A stretch of DNA of 56,412 bases from Gemmatimonadaceae bacterium (GTDB lineage Bacteria > Gemmatimonadota > Gemmatimonadetes > Gemmatimonadales > Gemmatimonadaceae). The stretch is from assembly GCA_040901985.1 (NCBI GenBank), contig JBBDYC010000005.1:1-56412 (forward strand), read 5' to 3'. The notes under the pieces were generated by a model. That model worked only from the letters and a program-made list of their open reading frames with translations, did not search any database and had not been told where the DNA came from. A program made the position numbers and the translations under genes. Below, piece by piece: positions 48,598 to 56,412 of the stretch; position 1 is the stretch's first letter; every line of letters starts with the position of its first letter.

Positions 48598-50292
48598 CTA
48601 GAAGAAGACCGGCTCCCGGTACGCGCCGAACTCCGTCTCGAGTGCCGCCCGGATCTCATACAGCGTGCAGTAGCTCCGCGCACACTCGAGGATGAACGGC
48701 ACCACGTTCTCCGTCGCCGCAGCCGCCTTGCGCAGTCGTGCGAGGTCGGCCGTGCACTTCGCGTTGTCGCGCGTGCCACGCAGCCGGGTGAGCGCCGCCG
48801 CCTGATCCCGGGCCGCCTGCTCATCCATCCGCAGGAGCGGAATGGTCAGTTCGCGCTCGTCGGTCTCAAAGGCGTTCACGCCGACGATCAGCCGACGCTG
48901 CTGTTCGATCTCCCACTGCTGCCGTGCCGCCGCCTCGGCGATCTTCCGCTGGAACCACCCCGTCTCGAGACCGCGGACCACCCCGCCCTGCTCCTCGATC
49001 TGCGTGAACAACGCCTCGGCCTCGCGCTCGAGGTCGTCGGTGAGCTTCTCCACGTAGTACGAACCGCCGAGCGGGTCAATGACGTTCGGCACGCCGGTCT
49101 CGTAGGCCAGCACCTGCTGGGTGCGCAGCGCGACCTCCACGGCGTGCTCGGTCGGCAGCGCCAGCGTCTCGTCCATCGAGTTGGTGTGCAGCGACTGCGT
49201 GCCGCCGAGGACCGCCGCCATCGCCTGATAGGCGACGCGCACGATGTTGTTCATCGGCTGCTGGGCGGTGAGCGTCACCCCCGCCGTCTGCGAATGGAAG
49301 CGCATCACCAGCGAGCGCGGGTCCTTGGCGCCGTAGCGCTCCCGGAGGTGGCGCGCCCAGATGCGCCGTGCGGCACGCAGCTTGGCGATCTCCTCGAAGA
49401 AGTCGTTGTGGATGTCCCAGAAGTAGCTGAGTCGCGGCGCGAAGTCGTCCACGTCGAGCCCGCGGGCGATCCCGCGCTCCACGTAGGTGAAGCCGTCGGC
49501 GAGCGTGAACGCCAGCTCCTGCGCCGCGGTCGCCCCCGCCTCGCGGATGTGGTAGCCCGAGATCGAGATCGTATTCCACTGCGGCACGTGCGTGGATCCG
49601 TACTCGAACATGTCCACGATCAGTCGCAGCGCCGGTTCGATCGGGAAGCACCAGGCGTGCTGCGCCATATACTCCTTGAGGATGTCGTTCTGGACCGTCC
49701 CCCGGAGCTGGGTCGCCGTCACCCCCTGTTTCTCGGCCGCCGCGATATAGAAGCACCAGAGGATGATTGCCGGCCCGTTGATCGTCATCGACGTCGAGAC
49801 CTGGTCGAGCGGGATCCCCTCGAAGAGCGTCTCCATGTCGGCGAGCGAACTGATCGCCACGCCGCACTTCCCCACCTCGCCCTCCGACCGCGGATGGTCG
49901 GAGTCGTAGCCCATCAGCGTCGGAAAGTCGAAGGCCACCGAGAGGCCGGTCGTGCCGTGCGCAAGCAGGAACTTGTAGCGCTCGTTGGTTTCCTTGGCCG
50001 AACCGAAGCCGGCAAACTGCCGCATCGTCCAGAGCTTGCCACGGTAGCCGGTCGGATGGATGCCGCGGGTATACGGATAGGCGCCCGGCACCTCGAATGC
50101 GGTGCCCGCGGAGCCCTCGAGGTCGAGCGCCGTGTAGAGCGGCGCCACCTCCCTGGCCGAGTTCGTGTAGGCCACGTCGCGCGTCTCGCCGCGTTCGAAG
50201 CGCTTGCGCCACGCATCCACCTCGGCGCGGAGCGCATCGAGCTCCGCCTGCATCGCGGCGACGGTCGGGTCAACGTCGGGGATTGAGGTCAT
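48598..50292 (-). CDS. B12-dependent acyl-CoA mutase large (substrate-binding) subunit, isobutyryl-CoA-mutase-type residues
   Basis: [60 protein letters not shown]. Confidence 0.93.
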   Translation of the reverse strand: MTSIPDVDPTVAAMQAELDALRAEVDAWRKRFERGETRDVAYTNSAREVAPLYTALDLEGSAGTAFEVPGAYPYTRGIHPTGYRGKLWTMRQFAGFGSAKETNERYKFLLAHGTTGLSVAFDFPTLMGYDSDHPRSEGEVGKCGVAISSLADMETLFEGIPLDQVSTSMTINGPAIILWCFYIAAAEKQGVTATQLRGTVQNDILKEYMAQHAWCFPIEPALRLIVDMFEYGSTHVPQWNTISISGYHIREAGATAAQELAFTLADGFTYVERGIARGLDVDDFAPRLSYFWDIHNDFFEEIAKLRAARRIWARHLRERYGAKDPRSLVMRFHSQTAGVTLTAQQPMNNIVRVAYQAMAAVLGGTQSLHTNSMDETLALPTEHAVEVALRTQQVLAYETGVPNVIDPLGGSYYVEKLTDDLEREAEALFTQIEEQGGVVRGLETGWFQRKIAEAAARQQWEIEQQRRLIVGVNAFETDERELTIPLLRMDEQAARDQAAALTRLRGTRDNAKCTADLARLRKAAAATENVVPFILECARSYCTLYEIRAALETEFGAYREPVFF

Positions 50293-51368
50293 CGGTGCTG
50301 GTCCTTCCCGGTGAGAGTGCCGGCCGAGACGCTCCGCACGAGCAGCGCGTCGGCCACCGCCAGCGGCGTCGTTTCCCCGCGTTCGAGCGCGGGGAGCTGC
50401 GCCTCCAGCCAGTCCTGCGTCGGGCCGTCGCGCCAGAGCCGGGTCCGCACCCGCGACTCCACCGCGTCCACCACCCGTTCCCGAAGCCGCGCCCGGCGGC
50501 GCGACTGCAGCGTGCCGCTCCGTTCAAGATAGGCAAAATGTCGGTCGAGGGCCGTGTCGAGCTCGGCCACGCCCTCCCCCGTTACCCCAACCGTCCTCAG
50601 GACGGTCGGGGTCCACCGAAGGTCATCGTCGCGCCGGGCGGCCTCACGCGCCGCGCGGGCCGGGTTCACGCGCGCCAGTTCCACGCCGTGGTGCGCCGGC
50701 ACATCCTTGAGGGTGGCGCCCACCCGGAGCCCGAGCATCAGTTCGATGTCGTTGCCCAGCCGGTCGGCGCCGGGGCGATCGGCCTTGTTCACGACGAACA
50801 GGTCGGCAATCTCCATCACGCCCGCCTTCAGCGTCTGGATCGAGTCGCCCGACTCGGGGACCAGCACGACGACGCTCGAGTCGGCCAGCCGCGCGATGTC
50901 CAGTTCGCTCTGGCCGACGCCGACCGTCTCGACGAGGATGCGGTCCACGCCGGCCGCGTCGAGCACGTCACAGACCTCGCGCGTGCTCACCGCCAGCCCG
51001 CCCAGGGATCCCCGCGTGGCCATTGACCGGATGAAGACGTTGGGATGCAGCGCCACCCGCTCCATTCTGACGCGGTCGCCCAACAGGGCGCCGCCGGTGA
51101 ACGGCGACGTGGGATCCACCGCGACCACCGCCACCCGCAGCCCGGCGTCGAGGTACCGCTCGGCGAGGAGCGTGGTGAGGGTGCTCTTGCCCGCGCCCGG
51201 CGGTCCGGTGATGCCGATCCGTCGCGCGCGCCCGAGCGCCGGATGGCAGGCCGCGAGAAGCGCCTCCCAGCCCACCCGGCGGTTCTCCACGACGCTGACG
51301 GCCCGGGCGATTGCCGCCGTGTTGCCGGCCCGGAGCGACACCAGCGACACCAACGGATTGCCGCTCAT
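50289..51368 (-). CDS. meaB: Mutase-associated GTPase chaperone
   Basis: [43 protein letters not shown]. Confidence 0.95.
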   Translation of the reverse strand: MSGNPLVSLVSLRAGNTAAIARAVSVVENRRVGWEALLAACHPALGRARRIGITGPPGAGKSTLTTLLAERYLDAGLRVAVVAVDPTSPFTGGALLGDRVRMERVALHPNVFIRSMATRGSLGGLAVSTREVCDVLDAAGVDRILVETVGVGQSELDIARLADSSVVVLVPESGDSIQTLKAGVMEIADLFVVNKADRPGADRLGNDIELMLGLRVGATLKDVPAHHGVELARVNPARAAREAARRDDDLRWTPTVLRTVGVTGEGVAELDTALDRHFAYLERSGTLQSRRRARLRERVVDAVESRVRTRLWRDGPTQDWLEAQLPALERGETTPLAVADALLVRSVSAGTLTGKDQHR

Positions 51369-52327
51369 CGGTCGGCCGTCGGGTCGTCGTGCTCGTCCTG
51401 GATCTCGCCGACGATCTCCTCGACCAGGTCCTCGAGCGTGACCAGCCCCACCGTGTCGCCCGACGCACCGCGCACGATCGCCAGGTGACGCCGTTCGCGC
51501 AGCATCCGGGTCATCAGCGAGTGGCACGGCTCGTCGGGCGAGGCCACGGCCACCGGCCGCGGCGCGCGGAGCGGCGCCTCGGGGTGCGCGATCACGTCCC
51601 AACTCGTCAGCATGCCGATGACGCGGTCGAGCGTGCCCTCGTAGATCGGCAGGCGGCTGTAGTGCGAATCGGCGACCACCCGGGCCACCTGGTCGGCCGG
51701 GGCGCGGCGCTCGACCGCAACCATCTCGCTCCGCGGCGTCATCACCGTGCCGACACGCGTCGCGCCGAACTCCACCACGCCGCTGATGATGGCGCGCTCG
51801 TCGGCGGCGCCGAACCCCTCGACCTCCCCTTCGCGGAGCAGGTCCTCCAGCGACTCGTGGGCGGTGGGCGCCGCGACCACCGGCGCGCCGCGCAGCCGTC
51901 GGACGATCCGCGTCGCCGTGTGGGCCAGCGGCGCTGTCAGCCGCTCGACCACCCGCAGCGGCGGCAGGAGGAGCGGCAATGCCTCGCCTGGCCACCGGCG
52001 CGCGATCGCGCGCGGCACGAGTTGTCCGACGAGCAGGAGAATCGCGCCGGCGACGACGACGTTCTTGGTCAACGCCGCGCCATTGTCGCCGTGCTGGAGA
52101 CCGATGACCGCGCCCAGCGCGAACACCGTGCCGGCGATCCCGGTGCCCGCCGCAAGGAGCAGCCGCTGCGGACGCTCGAGATAGAGCGTCGCGGTGCCGG
52201 CACCGGCCAGGCGGCGCTCGGCCCAGTGGCGCAGCCAGATGCGGCTGACCGAGCGAAGCGCGGTCGCCGCCCCGGTGAGCGTTCCGACGATCCCGACGAG
52301 GATCACGATCGGCCAGAAGGAGGTCAT
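51365..52327 (-). CDS. CNNM/DUF21 + CBS-pair protein (no C-terminal CorC domain)
   Basis: TM N-terminus, GQLVPR, VMTPR, YSRLPIY, VTLEDLVEEIVGEIQDE then stop. Confidence 0.85.
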   Translation of the reverse strand: MTSFWPIVILVGIVGTLTGAATALRSVSRIWLRHWAERRLAGAGTATLYLERPQRLLLAAGTGIAGTVFALGAVIGLQHGDNGAALTKNVVVAGAILLLVGQLVPRAIARRWPGEALPLLLPPLRVVERLTAPLAHTATRIVRRLRGAPVVAAPTAHESLEDLLREGEVEGFGAADERAIISGVVEFGATRVGTVMTPRSEMVAVERRAPADQVARVVADSHYSRLPIYEGTLDRVIGMLTSWDVIAHPEAPLRAPRPVAVASPDEPCHSLMTRMLRERRHLAIVRGASGDTVGLVTLEDLVEEIVGEIQDEHDDPTADR

Positions 52328-53571
52328 CGGCGCGCCTCCACGGCGGCCGCCCCGAGCGGCTCGAGGTAGACGCGCTGGACGCGCCGCCGGACGACGCGCT
52401 CGACGACCAGGCGGTATCCCCCGACCGCGAGCGCCTCGCCCGGCCGCGGCACCCGCCCGAGGAGTTCCATCACCAAGCCACCGACGGTCGTCACGTCCCC
52501 GCGACGAAACTCGTGCCCGGTGATATCCGAGAGCGCGTCGAGCGTCACGCCGGCGGCGACCCAGAGCCGTCCGCCTTCCTCGCGTTCGACTTCCGGAAGC
52601 TCGGCGTCGCCCTCGTCCTGGATGTCGCCGATGATCAGTTCCACCGCGTCCTCGAGCGTGAGCATCCCGGCGGTGCCGCCAAACTCGTCCACCACCACCG
52701 CGAGATGCCGGCGCGTCGCGCGGAAGTCGCGCAACTGCGCCTCGACGCTCTTCGTCGCCGGGATGAATTGCGCCGGCCGCAGCAACGCCAGCCAGCCGCC
52801 CTCCGGTTCCCGGTCGGCCAGCAACGCCGGCAACAGGTCCTTGGCGTAGAGCACGCCGACGATCTCATCAAGCGTGCCGTCGAAGACAACGAGCCGCGAG
52901 TGCTGCGCCGAGCGGACGCGGTCCACCACCTCGGACCACGACGTCTCCTTCTCGATGCCCACCATATCCACGCGCGGGACCATGATTTCGTGGACCTGTG
53001 TGTCGCCGAGCGAGAAGACGCCGTGCAGCATCACCTCGCCCGCGTCGTCGGTGTCCACTTCGGCCGCCACCACCTCGCGGAACCGCTCAACCGCATCCTC
53101 GCGCTCGGCCTCGTCGAGGGGGGGCGGCGGGAGGACCCGGTGCAATGCAGCGTCGCCCCACGCCCCGAACGTCACCACCGGCGTTGACAGCACTTCCACC
53201 GCCTCCAGCATCGGGACCACGCGGGCCAGTCCGCCGGCGCCGCTGGCGTCGCCGGCCGCCCGCGCTCCCACCTCGGCGAGCACCACGAGCACGATCCCGG
53301 CGACGATCACGAGCGGCGCGAGCAGCGTCGCCGGCACCCAGTCGCTGGCGAGCAGCGCCGCCGAGGTGGCGGCCCCCGCGCCGAGCTGCGCGAGGATCCG
53401 GCCGGACGCCAGCGCCCGATGCATCCGCTCCCGTCGCGCGAGCAGCGCGCGCACCCGCGGATCCGCCGGCGGTTCGTCCTCGTCCAACCCGAGGAGTGCG
53501 CCGTCGGCAAAGGCGCAGAGGCCGGCAATCACCGCCGCGCCGAGCGCGAAGAGGGCCGCGAAGAGGCTCAC
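52324..53571 (-). CDS. Hemolysin/CorC-family CNNM + CBS + CorC_HlyC protein
   Basis: IMVPRVDM, HSRL, VVDEFGGTAG..TLED, TTVGG....LGRVP. Confidence 0.88.
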   Translation of the reverse strand: MSLFAALFALGAAVIAGLCAFADGALLGLDEDEPPADPRVRALLARRERMHRALASGRILAQLGAGAATSAALLASDWVPATLLAPLVIVAGIVLVVLAEVGARAAGDASGAGGLARVVPMLEAVEVLSTPVVTFGAWGDAALHRVLPPPPLDEAEREDAVERFREVVAAEVDTDDAGEVMLHGVFSLGDTQVHEIMVPRVDMVGIEKETSWSEVVDRVRSAQHSRLVVFDGTLDEIVGVLYAKDLLPALLADREPEGGWLALLRPAQFIPATKSVEAQLRDFRATRRHLAVVVDEFGGTAGMLTLEDAVELIIGDIQDEGDAELPEVEREEGGRLWVAAGVTLDALSDITGHEFRRGDVTTVGGLVMELLGRVPRPGEALAVGGYRLVVERVVRRRVQRVYLEPLGAAAVEARR

Positions 53572-54023
53572 GACGCAAGTACCCGACGCACCAGGCGCTC
53601 CTGCGTCCGCCACATCGGCGAGCGGGTACGCCCGTCGCCCGGCGGGTGATCGTGGCCCAGCACGTGCAGCGTGCCGTGGATGGCAAGGCGCACCAACTCC
53701 TCGCGCACGGTGTTGCCGAACTGCCTGGCGTTGGCCGACGCCACCGACGGGCAGAGATAGACGTCGCCGATCACGGCCCCCGCCGGGTCACGGAAGCCGA
53801 ACGCAATGACGTCGGTCGCTCCGGTGCGCGCGAGGTGGCGCCGATGGAGCGCCGCCATCCGCCGCGGCGTGAGGAGGGTGAGCGAGACGAGGGCGTGGCG
53901 CACCTTGCCGGCGCCGAGTACGGCGCGCACCGCGTCGCGCAAGCGCGCCGCGGCGACGGGGACCCGGAGCCCTTCGGTGTTCACCACGACCCGAAGCCCA
54001 CTCGGTCCGGCGCTGCGGCTCAC
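53568..54023 (-). CDS. ybeY: rRNA maturation endoribonuclease
   Basis: TDVIAF, GDVYLC, HGTLHVLGHDH. Confidence 0.93.
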   Translation of the reverse strand: MSRSAGPSGLRVVVNTEGLRVPVAAARLRDAVRAVLGAGKVRHALVSLTLLTPRRMAALHRRHLARTGATDVIAFGFRDPAGAVIGDVYLCPSVASANARQFGNTVREELVRLAIHGTLHVLGHDHPPGDGRTRSPMWRTQERLVRRVLAS

Positions 54024-54982
54024 GCCCCGGCGTCCGCCGCGTACGCCTTCACGATCTCGCGCACCAACCGGTGGCGGACGACGTCGACCTCGGTGAAATA
54101 GTGGAACGCGATCCCGTCAATCCCGGGCAGGAGGCGTTCGACCTGCAGCAGGCCGCTCTCCTCTCGCTTCGGCAGGTCGATCTGCGTCTTGTCCCCGGTG
54201 ATCACCGCACGCGAGTTCAGCCCAAGCCGGGTGAGGAACATCTTCATCTGCGCCGTCGTCGCGTTTTGCGCCTCGTCGAGGATCACGAAGGCGTCGGCGA
54301 GGGTGCGGCCGCGCATATACGCCAGCGGCGCGATCTCGATGACCCGCGTCTCGAGCGCGCGCGCCACCCGCTCGGGCGGCATCAGGTCGTCGAGCGCGTC
54401 GTACAGCGGACGGAGGTAGGGGTCAACCTTTGCCTGCATGTCGCCGGGCAGGAAGCCAAGCGATTCGCCGGCCTCGACGGCCGGACGCGCGAGGACAATC
54501 CGCCGCACGCGCTTGCGCGCGAGCGCGTCCACCGCCGCCGCCACCGCCAGGTAGGTCTTGCCCGTGCCCGCCGGCCCGATGCCGATCACGATCTCGTTCT
54601 CGAGCATCTGTTGCATATACTCGCCCTGCCCCTGCGTCTTCGGCTGGATGATCTTCCGGACCCCGGGCAGCACGAAGCGACCGGGCGCGCCCTGGTCGCG
54701 CGCCGGCCCCTCCATCGAGAAGCGCAGCACGTCGTCGGGATCGAGCGGGAGCCGCTGCTTGGCCTGGTCGATCATCCGCTCGGCGACGACCCCCGCCTTC
54801 TCGACCGCCTCCGCCGCGCCGCTGATCGTCAGCGTCTCGCCGCGCAACGTGACGCGCACCGGGAACAGCTTCTGCAGCTCGGACAGGTTGCCATCGGCCA
54901 CGCCGGCAAGCGTGAGGAGGTCCGCACCCTCGGTGGAGAGCTTGAGCGTGGTGGTGTCGCCGGTCGCCGTGCCGTCGGTCAT
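54020..54982 (-). CDS. phoH: PhoH-family (YbeZ-like) ATPase
   Basis: GPAGTGKT, RPAVEAGESLGFLPGD, YMRGRTL, DEAQN, DVVRHRLV. Confidence 0.95.
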   Translation of the reverse strand: MTDGTATGDTTTLKLSTEGADLLTLAGVADGNLSELQKLFPVRVTLRGETLTISGAAEAVEKAGVVAERMIDQAKQRLPLDPDDVLRFSMEGPARDQGAPGRFVLPGVRKIIQPKTQGQGEYMQQMLENEIVIGIGPAGTGKTYLAVAAAVDALARKRVRRIVLARPAVEAGESLGFLPGDMQAKVDPYLRPLYDALDDLMPPERVARALETRVIEIAPLAYMRGRTLADAFVILDEAQNATTAQMKMFLTRLGLNSRAVITGDKTQIDLPKREESGLLQVERLLPGIDGIAFHYFTEVDVVRHRLVREIVKAYAADAGA

Positions 54983-56412
54983 TTCGACTCCGTGATGCGA
55001 AGGTGCAACTCGGCGAGGTCCGCCGCCGGCACCGCCGAGGGCGCGCCCTCGAAGAGCGCGCGCGCCGCGGTCGTCTTCGGGAAGGCGATCACGTCGCGCA
55101 GCGACTCCGCGCCGGCGAGGATCATCGCAATGCGGTCGAAGCCGAACGCAATCCCGCCGTGCGGCGGGGCGCCGGCGCGAAGCCCCTCAAGCAGGAACCC
55201 GAACCGCCGCTCCTGCTCCGACGCGTCGGCGATGCCAAGCAGCTCGAGCATCCGCGCCTGCACCGCCGGGTCGCTGGTGCGGATGCTGCCGCCACCGAGT
55301 TCGGTCCCATTGAGCACACAGTCGTAGGCGAGCGCCCGCCACCGCGCGGGCGCGTCGGGATGCGCCAGACGGTCGTCCGGGTCAGGCGCGGTGAAGGGGT
55401 GATGCACCGCCGCCAGCGCGCCGGTCGCGGGATCCTGCTCGAACATCGGGAAGTCGAGCACCCAGAGGAACCGGCGGTCCTCGGCCGTGACGAGCCCGAG
55501 GCGCGCCGCACACTCCTGCCGCACGCGATCGAGCGCCAGGCCTGAGACGCGATCTGCCGCCGCCACGGCCAGGAGCAACTCGCCGTCGCGCAGCGCCAGC
55601 CGCGACGCCGCGTCGGCACTGAGGAACTTCGCGAGCGGCCCCTCCAGCTTGCCGCTGGTGGCCTTCAACCGGATCAGCCCGCCGGCCCCGGCACCCTTCG
55701 CGATGCCCTCGAGTTCGTCCACCTGCTTGCGGCTCCACGCGGCAGCGCCGGCGACGCGAATCCCCCGCACGCGGCCGCCCCCGCCCAACGCTCCGGCGAT
55801 GATGGACGACTCGCTCCCGGCAAAGGCCGCCGAAAGGTCCTCAATCTCCAACCCGTACCGCAGGTCGGGACGGTCACACCCAAACCGCTCCATCGCGTCG
55901 GCGTACGTGATGCGCGGGAACGGCACCGACACGGGGATCCCCGCCTCGGCCCACAGCGCCGCGATCAGGCCCTCCGACAACGCCAGGACATCCTCGCGCG
56001 TGATGAACGACGCCTCGATGTCAATCTGCGTGAACTCGAGCTGCCGGTCGGCGCGCAGGTCCTCGTCGCGGAAACAGCGCGCAAGCTGGAAATAGCGGTC
56101 GAACCCCGCGCACATCAGGAGCTGCTTGTAGATCTGCGGCGATTGCGGCAGCGCAAAGAACTCCCCGGCGTGCATCCGGCTGGGCACGAGAAAGTCACGG
56201 GCCCCTTCCGGCGTCGGCTTGGTGAGGATCGGCGTCTCGAGCTCGAGGTATCCGCGTTCGCTCAGGTACCGTCGCGTGGCCTGCATCAGGCGGTGGCGCA
56301 ACACCAGGTTCCGCTGCAGCTCCGGGCGACGCAGGTCGAGCACACGATGGCGTAGCCGTGTCTCCTCGGCCGGCAGCCTGGCGTCCTTGGCCGATGCCAC
56401 CGGAATCGGGGG
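54979..56412 (-). CDS. aspS: Aspartate--tRNA ligase, N-terminus outside the window
   Basis: LDLRR, TPEGARDFLVPSR, LPQSPQ.YKQ, FRDEDLRADRQ.EFTQ, HHPFT, GAPPHGGIAFG.DR, FPKT. Confidence 0.97.
   Translation of the reverse strand, partial: PPIPVASAKDARLPAEETRLRHRVLDLRRPELQRNLVLRHRLMQATRRYLSERGYLELETPILTKPTPEGARDFLVPSRMHAGEFFALPQSPQIYKQLLMCAGFDRYFQLARCFRDEDLRADRQLEFTQIDIEASFITREDVLALSEGLIAALWAEAGIPVSVPFPRITYADAMERFGCDRPDLRYGLEIEDLSAAFAGSESSIIAGALGGGGRVRGIRVAGAAAWSRKQVDELEGIAKGAGAGGLIRLKATSGKLEGPLAKFLSADAASRLALRDGELLLAVAAADRVSGLALDRVRQECAARLGLVTAEDRRFLWVLDFPMFEQDPATGALAAVHHPFTAPDPDDRLAHPDAPARWRALAYDCVLNGTELGGGSIRTSDPAVQARMLELLGIADASEQERRFGFLLEGLRAGAPPHGGIAFGFDRIAMILAGAESLRDVIAFPKTTAARALFEGAPSAVPAADLAELHLRITESK

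Noticed and set aside
54979..56412. aspS as a truncated pseudogene
   Set aside because: The frame is open to the window edge; the missing anticodon-binding domain is simply outside the window.

Overview
A very GC-rich bacterial chromosome segment, most likely Gemmatimonadota (inferred from protein style and gene order, not from a database search). It is almost entirely core genome, about 50 genes, mostly on the minus strand in tightly coupled operons: partial aspS-phoH-ybeY-two CNNM/CBS genes-meaB-B12 acyl-CoA mutase-methyltransferase-Omp85-like; mutase small subunit-carboxyltransferase-saccharopine dehydrogenase-like; recQ; pafA-like phosphatase, acyl-CoA dehydrogenase, RNase E/G, rplU-rpmA; ECF sigma/anti-sigma/Spy-like trio; tRNA-Leu(CAA); aminotransferase, icd, pepA, plug-domain OMP; yicC-gmk-rpoZ-coaBC-udg-dnaB-radA-ispD-tsaC-LMW phosphatase-aroE-comF-gap-pgk-tpiA; secG-carA; HU/IHF; moaD-moaE-moaA. 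I saw no transposase, integrase, phage, CRISPR or defence genes. The best leads are (i) a ~230-nt nested, highly structured leader upstream of rne/rng, (ii) a DUF4956 plus secreted CotH-like kinase operon divergent from a PafA-type phosphatase, (iii) an active amidohydrolase coupled to a paralog that has lost its metal ligands, (iv) a B12 mutase with isobutyryl-CoA-mutase (Phe/Gln) rather than methylmalonyl-CoA-mutase residues, (v) a YwlE-type (pArg) phosphatase signature, (vi) recurrent leaderless-type TAnnnT promoters, (vii) a codon-anomalous patch with a dyad inside carA, and (viii) a heptamer tandem repeat at the left edge. None is proven novel from sequence alone.
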